Source: a virus
Taxonomy: Duplodnaviria; Heunggongvirae; Uroviricota; Caudoviricetes
Virus record (IMG/VR): IMGVR_UViG_3300044712_000123
Strand: one strand, 5' to 3'
Length of the DNA: 64,000 bases
Each line of letters opens with the position of its first letter. Positions within the stretch are counted from its first letter, which is position 1. The notes under the pieces were generated by a model, which was given only the letters and a program-made list of their open reading frames with translations, did not search any database and was not told the DNA's origin. Below are positions 45,551 to 54,889 of this stretch, one piece after another. Made by a program: the position numbers and the translations under genes.

Positions 45551-46380
45551 TCGTTTTTGAACAAAGGCACTTGCAATCTATCTGAATATCGCCAGCCACG
45601 TTTACATGCTTCGTCTGCTACTCTACGTGCGTTCATAGTGTAGATTGATTCAACACCACCGCAAGGCATCAAGTAAACAGGACCTCTGAATCCATGCGCT
45701 CTGTATGCCGCTACTGCTTTGTCTGCTTCTAATGCATCTTCTTCTGTGGCAACAACAAACTTCAAGTAAACAAAGCCCACTTCTTGATATTGATTGATTA
45801 CTGGTGGACAGATTGCTTCTTCCCACTTCTCACCACTGATTGACAACTTAGGACTAACTGAGAACGTGATTGCATTCTTCTCACGATTCATCTTCCACTG
45901 ATGCAAATATGTCTTTAGATCAATAGACAACATCTGTGTACCATTAGTTTCGAACGTCAACTCCTTCAGTTGTTTCATTCTTTCGTGCGAAAGTAAGTCA
46001 GGATACGCTCTTTGCCATCCGAGCAACGGTTCACCGCCCGTGATAACCAAGTGCTCATCCATCCAACGCTTGTGAGGAAGTAAATCACACATACTGTCAG
46101 CAAGAGAATCGGTACTGAGCACAGGACTAAGATGTTTGAAACGAGGGTCCCAAGATGCATAACTATCACAGCCCGTGCTGACAAGCGGTAAGGATTTATA
46201 CTCTGTAAAACTCTCTGCATCAATTTTGTCTCTCTCAACACTCAATTCTCCCTTAGGCATACCGAAGCCGCCGCATGTAAAGTTGCACCCATATGTTCTG
46301 AGAAAGATACTAGGGACTCCCATGTATCTACCCTCACCTTGAATGCTATAAAATAACTCTGAAATTTTTAGTTGACTCAT
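45538..46380 (-). CDS. queE: 7-carboxy-7-deazaguanine synthase (radical SAM)
   Basis: LFYSIQGEGRYMGVPSIFLRTYGCNFTCGG matches the QueE N-terminus; VITGGEP and ETNGT are present. Confidence 0.8.
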   Translation of the reverse strand: MSQLKISELFYSIQGEGRYMGVPSIFLRTYGCNFTCGGFGMPKGELSVERDKIDAESFTEYKSLPLVSTGCDSYASWDPRFKHLSPVLSTDSLADSMCDLLPHKRWMDEHLVITGGEPLLGWQRAYPDLLSHERMKQLKELTFETNGTQMLSIDLKTYLHQWKMNREKNAITFSVSPKLSISGEKWEEAICPPVINQYQEVGFVYLKFVVATEEDALEADKAVAAYRAHGFRGPVYLMPCGGVESIYTMNARRVADEACKRGWRYSDRLQVPLFKNEWGT

Positions 46381-47555
46381 ATTAAATCTGCTACCGTTTT
46401 AGAAGTGAATGGACTCAATGTCCAGCCAAGATGTCCGTGTCCTGTATTATAGTATACTTTAGGATTCTTGTCACTCTGTTTGGTAATAGGCATCATGTCA
46501 GGTGTCATTGGACGCAAACATGCCCATTGTGAGTAGTCGCTTGTATTGATATTGGGAAAGTTTGTATGTACCCATTTTAGTAGAGGTTCAATTCTGTCTC
46601 TAGTGATATCATAGTTCTCACCTGTCAACTCAGCAGTACCGGCAACACGGAATCTATTACCCAATGAACTAGTAACTATCTTAGCCTGATCGTCAAGCAA
46701 ACTGACCTTAGGCAAGTACTTAGGATCAACGTTGTTGATAGTGATTGAATATCCTTTGACTGGATATACATCAATAGTGTCACCAACTTGCTTTGCTAGT
46801 TCTGCGCTACCAACTCCAGCAGCAACTACAACTGCATCAAACAGTTCAGTCAATGCGTTCATGCCATACTTTTCAGTGACAGTTGACTCGTACTTGAACT
46901 CTACATTATACTTATTAGCCAATACTAATGATAGTTGCTGGCAGAATTTGTGAATGTCACCGGTGCTATCACTTGGGGTGAATGTTCCACCGATCACTCC
47001 ATTGATATCTTGCAATGCAGGATCTAGAAATTTAACTTGCATTGGTGTCAACAAGTCCCACTCACACCCGTTTTCGTTGTAAATCTCTTTGACTTGTTTA
47101 GCATTATCCCAATACTGTTCATCTTTGTAAAAGTGAACAATGCCTGCCTTCAAGTGGTCGTAGCAAATGCCTTCTTCTTCGACAAGTTGGTCATACAACT
47201 TACGTGCTTCAACTCCTGCACGAATTGTCCATGCTGTATTTCGCTTATATGCACCTGTCGCAGTGTGATACAAGAACTTTAGAATCCACTTCCACTGTTT
47301 GTAATCTAACCTGGGACGAATGAGTAGTGGCGCGTCTTTAGTAAAAAGCCACTTAGTAGCTTTCTTGACGTTACTCCATGTAGTCCATACTTCGCTGTTG
47401 CTTACTGATACTTGTCCGCCATTAGCAAAGCTAGTCTTCATTGCTGAGTAGCGTTCTTGTTCGTAGACAACTACTTTATAACCTTTTTTTGCGAGGTAGT
47501 ATGCAGTTGTTAGTCCTGCGATACCTGCCCCGATTACTGCTACTGTTTTTGACAT
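46377..47555 (-). CDS. FAD-dependent amine oxidase/dehydrogenase (DadA/DAO family)
   Basis: Dinucleotide fold VAVIGAGIAGLTTAYYL; ETSFANGGQV, LRPMTPD and NTGHGHLGWT match DadA. Confidence 0.75.
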   Translation of the reverse strand: MSKTVAVIGAGIAGLTTAYYLAKKGYKVVVYEQERYSAMKTSFANGGQVSVSNSEVWTTWSNVKKATKWLFTKDAPLLIRPRLDYKQWKWILKFLYHTATGAYKRNTAWTIRAGVEARKLYDQLVEEEGICYDHLKAGIVHFYKDEQYWDNAKQVKEIYNENGCEWDLLTPMQVKFLDPALQDINGVIGGTFTPSDSTGDIHKFCQQLSLVLANKYNVEFKYESTVTEKYGMNALTELFDAVVVAAGVGSAELAKQVGDTIDVYPVKGYSITINNVDPKYLPKVSLLDDQAKIVTSSLGNRFRVAGTAELTGENYDITRDRIEPLLKWVHTNFPNINTSDYSQWACLRPMTPDMMPITKQSDKNPKVYYNTGHGHLGWTLSPFTSKTVADLI

Positions 47556-47770
47556 TAATATCCTAATCGTTCTTTTCTTTGTTCTTCTGTTTCGTCACGT
47601 TGTAAGTGAATGAAGATGCATCCTTCCACACCGCAACCGCAAACAATGTGATATTCTCTAACGATACGCTCTGCGGCTTTAACTTCGCCGCGCTTGAGCA
47701 AACTGTTGACAATCTCACGTTCATGCTTGGCAGCACTTAGGTCTTTAGGTGAAAGGAAGCGACCGCTCAT
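47555..47770 (-). CDS. hypothetical small Cys-rich protein
   Basis: ORF with a CGCGVEGC cluster. Confidence 0.3.
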   Translation of the reverse strand: MSGRFLSPKDLSAAKHEREIVNSLLKRGEVKAAERIVREYHIVCGCGVEGCIFIHLQRDETEEQRKERLGY

Positions 47771-48270
47771 GCAAGTAAATCCTCATTCCATTCACGATGA
47801 CCTTCACGGAAAGCCATGTTGCTCTGTGTCTCACGTACTTCAACACGATAGCACCACAATCTTTTTGCTTCACCTTCGCCCCACATGTCAGGGATGTAAA
47901 CACCATTAACATATTTGTAAAGCATATCTGCAAGACTTTCACACCCTAAGCGTGGAAGAATTGTTAGTTTAGCCATCTTCTTTTCTTGCAATAATTTGAA
48001 TGTTTCAAGTTCAGGGTCATCTTCTGCGACTAACAATGTGTGGTCGAATTGATCTTCAAGAATCTTCTTCAATTCTTTTAAGCCACCGTAGTCTGCTGCC
48101 CAATTGCGAACATCTAAGTCATCAGTACCAAAATAGAACTTCATACTGAAACTATATCCGTGAATTGTATTGCAGTGACTATCCGCGCGCCATTGACGAT
48201 AAGCGCAAGGGAATGAATCGTGGTACTCTTTAGTACTTGTGTATTTGTAACTTACTAGTTGATTTGCCAT
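47767..48270 (-). CDS. queD: 6-carboxytetrahydropterin synthase-like protein (QueD/PTPS family, variant zinc motif)
   Basis: CNTIHGYSF aligns to the QueD CxxxHGH motif with the last His replaced by Tyr; T-fold length. Confidence 0.55.
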   Translation of the reverse strand: MANQLVSYKYTSTKEYHDSFPCAYRQWRADSHCNTIHGYSFSMKFYFGTDDLDVRNWAADYGGLKELKKILEDQFDHTLLVAEDDPELETFKLLQEKKMAKLTILPRLGCESLADMLYKYVNGVYIPDMWGEGEAKRLWCYRVEVRETQSNMAFREGHREWNEDLLA

Positions 48271-48346
48271 TGTTTTCTCCTATGTTAATTATAGCATAGG
48301 CAGCAGAGTTTGTATAGCGGGATGACGCCGAGACCGCTATCTTTAT

Positions 48347-48553
48347 TTACCTTTTTATACCCCATGCAATTTTATTCCAAATTCGCTCATGAATAAAATA
48401 TAGAATGGTGTTAAAAGTTAACTGAATTAGTGCGATTGTTCCGGAAACAGACACATTTCCTAATATCATATATGATATCAAGAACGTAGCAAGACTGCCA
48501 GTTATTCTCCAACTGACAGTCTTTACTAAGCTACGCTTAGTTGTTTCACTCAA
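48347..48553 (-). CDS. small membrane protein
   Basis: Two hydrophobic helices. Confidence 0.3.
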   Translation of the reverse strand: MSETTKRSLVKTVSWRITGSLATFLISYMILGNVSVSGTIALIQLTFNTILYFIHERIWNKIAWGIKR

Positions 48554-49337
48554 GCCCTAACCCTCTTCGGATTTTTGTAGCACTGATACTATGGGTAGCA
48601 TCATCAAATGTTTCTTGTTCGATTTTGTATCCTACATCACGTCCATATGTAATGTTCACGATGTTTGGTACAATCTGAATCTCGTATTGACCTTGATAAA
48701 GCATATCCAAATCACGCTTGATAAAGTTCTTTACTTGTTCAATGGCAAATGGATTTGAACCATTCCAGCCCTGACAGTCACGAATCTGGATAACAACTTG
48801 ACCAGTCTTAGCAACTGCACGTTCAAACAATTTACGATGACCTTCATGCCAAGGTTGCCAACGACCTAACATTTGTACTGTTTCTTTTTTCCAATCGAAT
48901 TCTGGGCGTCTGCGATCATCCAAGATATGTGCAGCAATAAACTCTCCCCATTTTTCACCATGTTGCTCAGTGATTCTAAAATCATAAACATCAGGTGCGA
49001 TGAATGCTTTGTTGGTATCTTCGTATCGACCCTTGTCAATAGTATCAACCCAAACAGTCCAATCTGCTTTAAAGTTGTTACGCATTTCTACTAGAGGTGC
49101 AACAAAGTCACAGATAACATAGTCCATGCCTGTCATACTATCTGCTAGTTCACGCATACGCAAACTTTGACGGATACGGCCTTCTTTACTGAAATCCCAA
49201 TCGTTATATTTCTTACGCACATCATCAGCGTTAAGCCAACCAACTTTCTTCTTTTCAGCTTGCAAGTGACCGAGTATATGTTGTGCTAGATATGTTTTGC
49301 CTGAGCCCGGAAGACCCATAATTAAAATTCGTTTCAT
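48546..49337 (-). CDS. bifunctional APS-kinase-like P-loop kinase / HxGH nucleotidyltransferase
   Basis: N-terminal GLPGSGKT plus LNADDVRKK...GRIRQSLRMRELA (APS-kinase-like); C-terminal WHEGH and ISATKIR (nucleotidyltransferase HxGH / ISSTxIR motifs). Confidence 0.55.
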   Translation of the reverse strand: MKRILIMGLPGSGKTYLAQHILGHLQAEKKKVGWLNADDVRKKYNDWDFSKEGRIRQSLRMRELADSMTGMDYVICDFVAPLVEMRNNFKADWTVWVDTIDKGRYEDTNKAFIAPDVYDFRITEQHGEKWGEFIAAHILDDRRRPEFDWKKETVQMLGRWQPWHEGHRKLFERAVAKTGQVVIQIRDCQGWNGSNPFAIEQVKNFIKRDLDMLYQGQYEIQIVPNIVNITYGRDVGYKIEQETFDDATHSISATKIRRGLGLE

Positions 49338-49639
49338 TTGTATAACTCCAATAACATTTTGTATTTACTATATGCTTCTGCAACTGCCGGGTGTGTTCTA
49401 CGTAGATATGCCTCTTCGCGCTGGTCTTGCCATTCCTTTTCACTTGCGTTGTCCATCTTGACCAAATCTTCAAACCCACTACGTGTGAGTTCCATTTCAA
49501 TTAATTCTTCGCGGTCAGCGTAATAACTAGCAGTTTGGTTATAACTACCGTAGTTGATAGTTGCATAATTTCGATCACGACTTACTTGTACATGTTTGAC
49601 ACGGTATTTACTAATGAATGAATCGTAAAAATTACTCAT
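49334..49639 (-). CDS. hypothetical protein
   Basis: ORF on the track. Confidence 0.35.
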   Translation of the reverse strand: MSNFYDSFISKYRVKHVQVSRDRNYATINYGSYNQTASYYADREELIEMELTRSGFEDLVKMDNASEKEWQDQREEAYLRRTHPAVAEAYSKYKMLLELYK

Positions 49640-50109
49640 TGTTGTCCCCTTTTGTTGGACTCACTATCATAGACACGTTTACGTAGGCTACTGGAGCTAA
49701 AGGAGTGATCTCTACCGTTAAAGACAATTGCGATGGATCGGAGCTCGCATTCACTTTTACCCGTGAACTCTTTATCTGCGTATTCGATGCCAAGAATTCT
49801 GACATCCACTGGGAGTATGAGTAAGAGGTCAACGAGGTCTTGTTCTGTGCTGTACACAACCACTTCGTCAACGTAACGGCACGCCGCCAATTGGATTTGA
49901 CGTTCCACGATGCTTTGAACAGGCTTGTTCTTAGTGTCAGGACGATCAATTGTAGGATCACTTTGAAGACCGCAGATAAGGTAGTCGCAATGGTTTCTTG
50001 CTTCACTGAGCATTGCGATGTGTCCTGCATGGAGCATGTCGAAGGTTGAGAACGTGATTCCAATTCGTTTGCCTTCTTGTTTAAGTTTTTTAACATGATT
50101 AAAGATCAT
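49636..50109 (-). CDS. cytidylyltransferase of the TagD / HldE-domain-II family
   Basis: FSTFDMLHAGHIAML (HxGH) and RYVDEV match glycerol-3-phosphate cytidylyltransferase-type enzymes. Confidence 0.65.
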   Translation of the reverse strand: MIFNHVKKLKQEGKRIGITFSTFDMLHAGHIAMLSEARNHCDYLICGLQSDPTIDRPDTKNKPVQSIVERQIQLAACRYVDEVVVYSTEQDLVDLLLILPVDVRILGIEYADKEFTGKSECELRSIAIVFNGRDHSFSSSSLRKRVYDSESNKRGQQ

Positions 50110-50389
50110 CTGGTAATATCTCTGCTAATTCATCCCAACCATCACCCAATGTAAGATGATAAGTCTTGCCTGCATGTTCATACACACTTGTCCAAGAACG
50201 TTGGTTGTTACTTTCTTCAGTCGGTTCAGTGAGCCTGAATACTGTTAATAAGTGTTCTTTCTCTTGGCCTTCAATGATTCGTTGATTGGGGCCCATTACT
50301 CTGCGCATAAACTCTTTGAGTTTGATAGGATCGCTCATGATCCTATCAGCAGCTTCTTGTATCCAATCAAGATTTGTTTTTGCAGTCAC
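50099..50389 (-). CDS. hypothetical protein
   Basis: ORF on the track. Confidence 0.3.
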   Translation of the reverse strand: MTAKTNLDWIQEAADRIMSDPIKLKEFMRRVMGPNQRIIEGQEKEHLLTVFRLTEPTEESNNQRSWTSVYEHAGKTYHLTLGDGWDELAEILPDDL

Positions 50390-50488
50390 AGTTACGTCCT
50401 TGGTTACAGTTGCCAGTGCAATCGCTTTTTGGTAATCTACGAACGATTGATACAGCTACTGCGATTACGATTAGAATGATTAATAAGT

Positions 50489-50797
50489 TCATATGTCGTT
50501 CCTAACAACAAGTCCACCTGAAATAACAGCATATGCATCACAAGTATTATCCGTAAAAATACCACGCACAAGATAGCTTTCTAATTGCGTTCCTATAATC
50601 GTTTTGGTTTCAAAAGTTATCGGATCTAATGCAGTACCTTCAACATTCTCCGCAACAAGTCTATTATAGTATGTTTTCCTAGTGACCACATTCTCGGTTA
50701 TAGGCGCACCGTAGTTACCCCAGGTTACTATTTCATAGTGTTGTGCAATTTCATCTAACACTCCTTGAGGTATATCCTCACGCTTTATTATAGTCAT
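50489..50797 (-). CDS. hypothetical protein
   Basis: ORF on the track. Confidence 0.3.
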   Translation of the reverse strand: MTIIKREDIPQGVLDEIAQHYEIVTWGNYGAPITENVVTRKTYYNRLVAENVEGTALDPITFETKTIIGTQLESYLVRGIFTDNTCDAYAVISGGLVVRNDI

Positions 50798-50969
50798 TCT
50801 TTTGACCTCAACATTTCAAACAACTCTTTTCCAAGTTTATTTTGAAATTCTTCCTCAGTCATCGTGACAAGGGTATCCATTGCTAGTTCCATCGGCATTC
50901 TCAATACAATTTCCATTTCTGGAGCAAAGGTATCGGGGTTCATTTTTATGTGTCTGCTGATTAGTCTCA

Positions 50970-51650
50970 TTATTTGCTACCTTTGTTTGCGATTTGCAAG
51001 AACTCTGCACGTGCCGCTGGATCAGTTTTGAAACCGCCACCTAAGCGACAAGTAACTGTACTTGAACCTGTATCTTCTACACCACGTGATTTTACGCAAT
51101 AGTGTTGTGCGTCAATCATAACTGCAACGTCTTCTGTATCAAGGATGAACTGTAGTGTGTGAAAGATTTGTTCAGTCAATCGTTCTTGAATCTGTGGTCT
51201 CTTAGAGAAGTATTCCACAATTCGATTAATCTTGGACAATCCGAGAACCTTCTGCTTAGGAACATATGCCACAGTAGCGAGGCCGTCAATAACGACAAAG
51301 TGATGTTCACAGTTACTCTGGACGTTAACGTTACGTTCCACGACCATTTCATTATACTGCATCTTATTGTCAACGGTGGTACATTTTGGAAACGCTTCAT
51401 AATCTAGACCCCAAAAGATTTCATTGACATACATCTTAGCAACACGCTTTGGTGTTTCGATAAGACTGTCATCGAATAGATCAAGTCCCATTGTTTCCAT
51501 GATCTTTTGAAAATGACTTTCAATGATATCAATCTTTTCTTTGCGGTCTAGAGTGTTTGCTTTTGTGGGTGTCTCGACTCCCATCTTAACTAGATGTTCG
51601 TGAACTTGTTGACCCAATGCTGGATCTGTTTTTGTTTTATTGTAACTCAT
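50970..51650 (-). CDS. folE: GTP cyclohydrolase I
   Basis: ETPKRVAKMYVNEIF, CEHHFV, LGLSKINRIV, RPQIQERLT and HYCVKSRG are identical or near-identical to E. coli FolE blocks. Confidence 0.95.
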   Translation of the reverse strand: MSYNKTKTDPALGQQVHEHLVKMGVETPTKANTLDRKEKIDIIESHFQKIMETMGLDLFDDSLIETPKRVAKMYVNEIFWGLDYEAFPKCTTVDNKMQYNEMVVERNVNVQSNCEHHFVVIDGLATVAYVPKQKVLGLSKINRIVEYFSKRPQIQERLTEQIFHTLQFILDTEDVAVMIDAQHYCVKSRGVEDTGSSTVTCRLGGGFKTDPAARAEFLQIANKGSK

Positions 51651-51709
51651 GATAACCTTCCTTTGTGATGGTTTTATTTTGACATTGTGCTACCGTTGTG
51701 TAGCACAAG

Positions 51710-51718
51710 TATTTATCA
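51710..51718 (-). promoter_or_regulatory. TGATAAATA motif, candidate promoter element for folE
   Basis: Exact 9-mer, 59 nt upstream of the folE ATG; it overlaps the groES stop. Confidence 0.3.
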
Positions 51719-52009
51719 TTCTTCGTCAACGATACAAAGAATATCTTCTTCTTTCATCACGATGAAATCTTGATTACCTACGGTAATCTTCTGAGGACCT
51801 GATTGAGTGTAGATAACTACATCACCCTCTTTTACTTCAGGTGTAGCGAAAGTACCATCGTCTAATCTGCGACCTTTGCCTACCTTGAATACTGTACCAC
51901 GTGGCAATTTCTCTTGAGCCGAATCAGGGATGTAAAACCCTGATTCTGTTCTAGTCTTTGCTTCCTGCGGTTTGACCAAGATGCGGTCATTTGCTGGAGT
52001 CAATGCCAT
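51716..52009 (-). CDS. groES: co-chaperonin GroES
   Basis: 97 aa; L.P..DR.LVK......T.SG.......Q.K...G.V..VG.G........P.VK.GD.V......G...I.......V..E.DIL.IV matches GroES throughout. Confidence 0.85.
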   Translation of the reverse strand: MALTPANDRILVKPQEAKTRTESGFYIPDSAQEKLPRGTVFKVGKGRRLDDGTFATPEVKEGDVVIYTQSGPQKITVGNQDFIVMKEEDILCIVDEE

Positions 52010-52011
52010 GA

Positions 52012-52206
52012 TTAAGCCTTAGCTTTTGCTTCTGCACGTGCGTTCTTAGTCTCGGTAATTTCATTACGGCGAGCCTTAACTGCTTTAGCAAGTTCTGCAA
52101 GTGCTTTACGGGCACGGGTGCCTGCGGCTGCATTGCCTGCTTCAAACTTTGCAGATTCAGCTTGGTATGCTGCCATTTGTGTTTCGATATCTTGATGTGC
52201 GCTCAT
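52012..52206 (-). CDS. small Ala-rich helical protein
   Basis: ORF on the track. Confidence 0.3.
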   Translation of the reverse strand: MSAHQDIETQMAAYQAESAKFEAGNAAAGTRARKALAELAKAVKARRNEITETKNARAEAKAKA

Positions 52207-52472
52207 TTTTTCTCCTTTGATTTACGCTTTGGTTTCATCGTAGCAACCATAGATTCTATTGTTGCATCGGATAGTTTGCGTTTTGCCTTTGCCGGGGTGA
52301 TTTCCTCAGCACTAGCAATCGCTAGTCTTACTTCATTCAGTAATGCTTCGTCATCCCATTGTAACACTGTTCGACCATCTTCGAAAGTCGTTACGGTCAA
52401 ATGAGTTCCTTGTTGTATCTTAGGCCATCCACCTGAAGGGACGTTCTCTAATTTTTGTTTACGTGTTGCCAT
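52203..52472 (-). CDS. hypothetical protein
   Basis: ORF on the track. Confidence 0.3.
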   Translation of the reverse strand: MATRKQKLENVPSGGWPKIQQGTHLTVTTFEDGRTVLQWDDEALLNEVRLAIASAEEITPAKAKRKLSDATIESMVATMKPKRKSKEKK

Positions 52473-52968
52473 TATTTTCTCCTTCTACTGGTCTATCAAA
52501 AGGCCACTTGGCAGGTGTTTCTAAAATTGTTTTAGCATCAGATTCAGATACAGCTTCCTCCTCTGGTTCACCTGTACGAATGATTTGTTCTTCATCGCCG
52601 TCAACTCGTTCGATGATTAGATCACAATCAATAATCATTTCACAGTCACCTTGAATCCAACCATGTTCTTCTAAGTCAAGCCAAGAATTTTCTTCTAAAA
52701 ATTCTTCTAGCCATTCTTCTAGTTCTTCGTCATCGATAGTAACTTCTTCCCAGCAACCGTCGAATGTTTCAACAAGTTCTGTTTCGTAGTCACAATCATA
52801 CATGTCTACACCTGCTTCAATGTCAGGAGGATTGTCATCATCGGTATAAACAGTAAACTCACCACCACGCCAGCCTGTTTCAGCTACAATCGTTTTACCG
52901 TCTTTGTAAAGATAGTTGCGTTCGATGATTGATTTCTTCCACGCGGGTGTTACTTTCCACTCAGCCAT
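52459..52968 (-). CDS. highly acidic hypothetical protein
   Basis: ORF; Asp/Glu-rich. Confidence 0.35.
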   Translation of the reverse strand: MAEWKVTPAWKKSIIERNYLYKDGKTIVAETGWRGGEFTVYTDDDNPPDIEAGVDMYDCDYETELVETFDGCWEEVTIDDEELEEWLEEFLEENSWLDLEEHGWIQGDCEMIIDCDLIIERVDGDEEQIIRTGEPEEEAVSESDAKTILETPAKWPFDRPVEGENNGNT

Positions 52969-52969
52969 A

Positions 52970-54157
52970 TTAGTATTTCCCTTCTCTAGTATATTTTCGG
53001 TAATCAGTAGTCATACGAGACCATTGTTCACCTTTGCCTTCTAAGATATCAACGATACGGTCAATAGTACCATTGTTCCAATCACTGATCTGACCTATCT
53101 TAGGGTTTGGATCTGATAAGCTACAATACAATTTTTCCATTGCGTCATGTATTGACCAAGGGATGTATAGTCGTTCAGAATCATTGCTAAATGTTTCAGG
53201 GAAACTACGATAAGCAGGATAAAGCACATTACAGCCAAGCGCATCTGCCTCCGAGACAGTGTTTGAGACCCAGTCTTGTAAAGCGCAGTTGAACACCACG
53301 CGAGAGTTATTAACAATATTATAGTAATCATTCTTTTCTAAGTCCTCATATACTGTTAGTAGACCACGTGCTTGCAAGTCACGAGTGCGTTGCATGTAGC
53401 TGTCGTTATTTGATTTTAGTTTTCCACCTGAGCAGACACAGAACTCTACGCCATTGTCAGGAAGTTCTTCGTGCCAACGTTCGATAAGGTCCATGTAGAA
53501 GTCAGGTTGCTTCTCTTGATCCCAACGAGCACTGAAGACAACACGAGGCTTACGTTCATAGAACGGAATGATTTCACCTACTCGACTTTGAACTTCGCTC
53601 TTACCGAATGCTAGACCACTGATATTGTAGATTGGGGCTTCCCAACCTGCAATCTTCATGTGCATGACCATTTCTTCATTAGTCGCAAGGATCGCACCGC
53701 CACTGTCACGTACAGCCTCACACACCATTTTCTCGTAACTGCCCATCCACTTCGACATTCCCCAGACATGGACAAAATCGTCAGGATCGATAGACTGCGC
53801 GAGACACCTAACAAATATCTTTGGGCGATGTGTTTCACTAACTTGATTAAGAATATAAGGCAGACTCTCAAAGCCCGGTTGAAACATGTCTTCAAAATAG
53901 ATAACATCTTCACTAGTAACTTCTCCTGCCTTCATCATCTTAACTAGATTCATCAATTGACTCATACCAAAGTATGAACGACCGTGTGCATCTAATACTT
54001 GACCAGTTACAATAGCTTGGTCATTACTCAATGTCTCACCGGGCACGATTACATAATCAATGCCACGTTGCTTAAACACGGCTTCATTCCAGTCTTGTAA
54101 CTGCAATGTGTATCGTGCTTTGTAGGGTTCGAGACCCATGTAATATAGTTTTCTCAT
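52970..54157 (-). CDS. GT-B glycosyltransferase (T4 a-gt/b-gt-like architecture)
   Basis: C-terminal Rossmann half KPRVVFSARWDQEKQPDFYMDLIERW resembles the donor-binding region of GT-B enzymes; about 395 aa, like the T4 DNA glucosyltransferases. Confidence 0.45.
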   Translation of the reverse strand: MRKLYYMGLEPYKARYTLQLQDWNEAVFKQRGIDYVIVPGETLSNDQAIVTGQVLDAHGRSYFGMSQLMNLVKMMKAGEVTSEDVIYFEDMFQPGFESLPYILNQVSETHRPKIFVRCLAQSIDPDDFVHVWGMSKWMGSYEKMVCEAVRDSGGAILATNEEMVMHMKIAGWEAPIYNISGLAFGKSEVQSRVGEIIPFYERKPRVVFSARWDQEKQPDFYMDLIERWHEELPDNGVEFCVCSGGKLKSNNDSYMQRTRDLQARGLLTVYEDLEKNDYYNIVNNSRVVFNCALQDWVSNTVSEADALGCNVLYPAYRSFPETFSNDSERLYIPWSIHDAMEKLYCSLSDPNPKIGQISDWNNGTIDRIVDILEGKGEQWSRMTTDYRKYTREGKY

Positions 54158-54889
54158 TTATTCTCCGTATGTTTCGTTGATTAACCTAAGTGCAATATCA
54201 TATTCAGTTTGAGTAATCGCTTCATTAGATGATATTCTCCAATAACTTTTTACTGCTTCTACGTCAGTTCCTAATGTTAGCATAGCTTTTTCGTTGTGTT
54301 TCTGTAGATCAAACCATTTATTATGAATGAGATTTGCAGACTCATACTGGTTACTGATATCAAAGAAATCAACTATGGTGCTATAGATGTCTATATCTAA
54401 CTCTCTATTAGTATACAATTTATCAATGTTCAACGTAAGTATATCATTTGATATGGCGCTTTGCAACTTGTTACGGTCATTGTCGTTGGATATGGCTATC
54501 CTATATGATCTTTTTATGTCGTCTAATGTTATTGTTTGGTCTAATGTAGCTTGCTTCACTAAGCCATTCAATGCAGGGTTAAATTTCAAATAGTGCTTAT
54601 AACTGAGGTCTGGATTGGGTACTAGTACTAAAACTTTCTTAGGAGTTCCAATTGTCATACATGCATCTATTGAGTGATTTACGGTCACTAACTTTTGTAT
54701 GTGAGGTAATTCTCGAAACAAATACTCGTGTGATAACCAGACAAACGATGATCTGCGTTCAGGGTAAACAATGTTTGAAATGAAATGCATTTTTTCAGAG
54801 ATACCCCACTTAAACTCAGGAGATAGTAATATTAACCATCTAACATGATTCATCAGGCCTCCGCAAGGAGCGCATATCACCCTATTCAT
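54158..54889 (-). CDS. hypothetical protein
   Basis: ORF on the track. Confidence 0.35.
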   Translation of the reverse strand: MNRVICAPCGGLMNHVRWLILLSPEFKWGISEKMHFISNIVYPERRSSFVWLSHEYLFRELPHIQKLVTVNHSIDACMTIGTPKKVLVLVPNPDLSYKHYLKFNPALNGLVKQATLDQTITLDDIKRSYRIAISNDNDRNKLQSAISNDILTLNIDKLYTNRELDIDIYSTIVDFFDISNQYESANLIHNKWFDLQKHNEKAMLTLGTDVEAVKSYWRISSNEAITQTEYDIALRLINETYGE

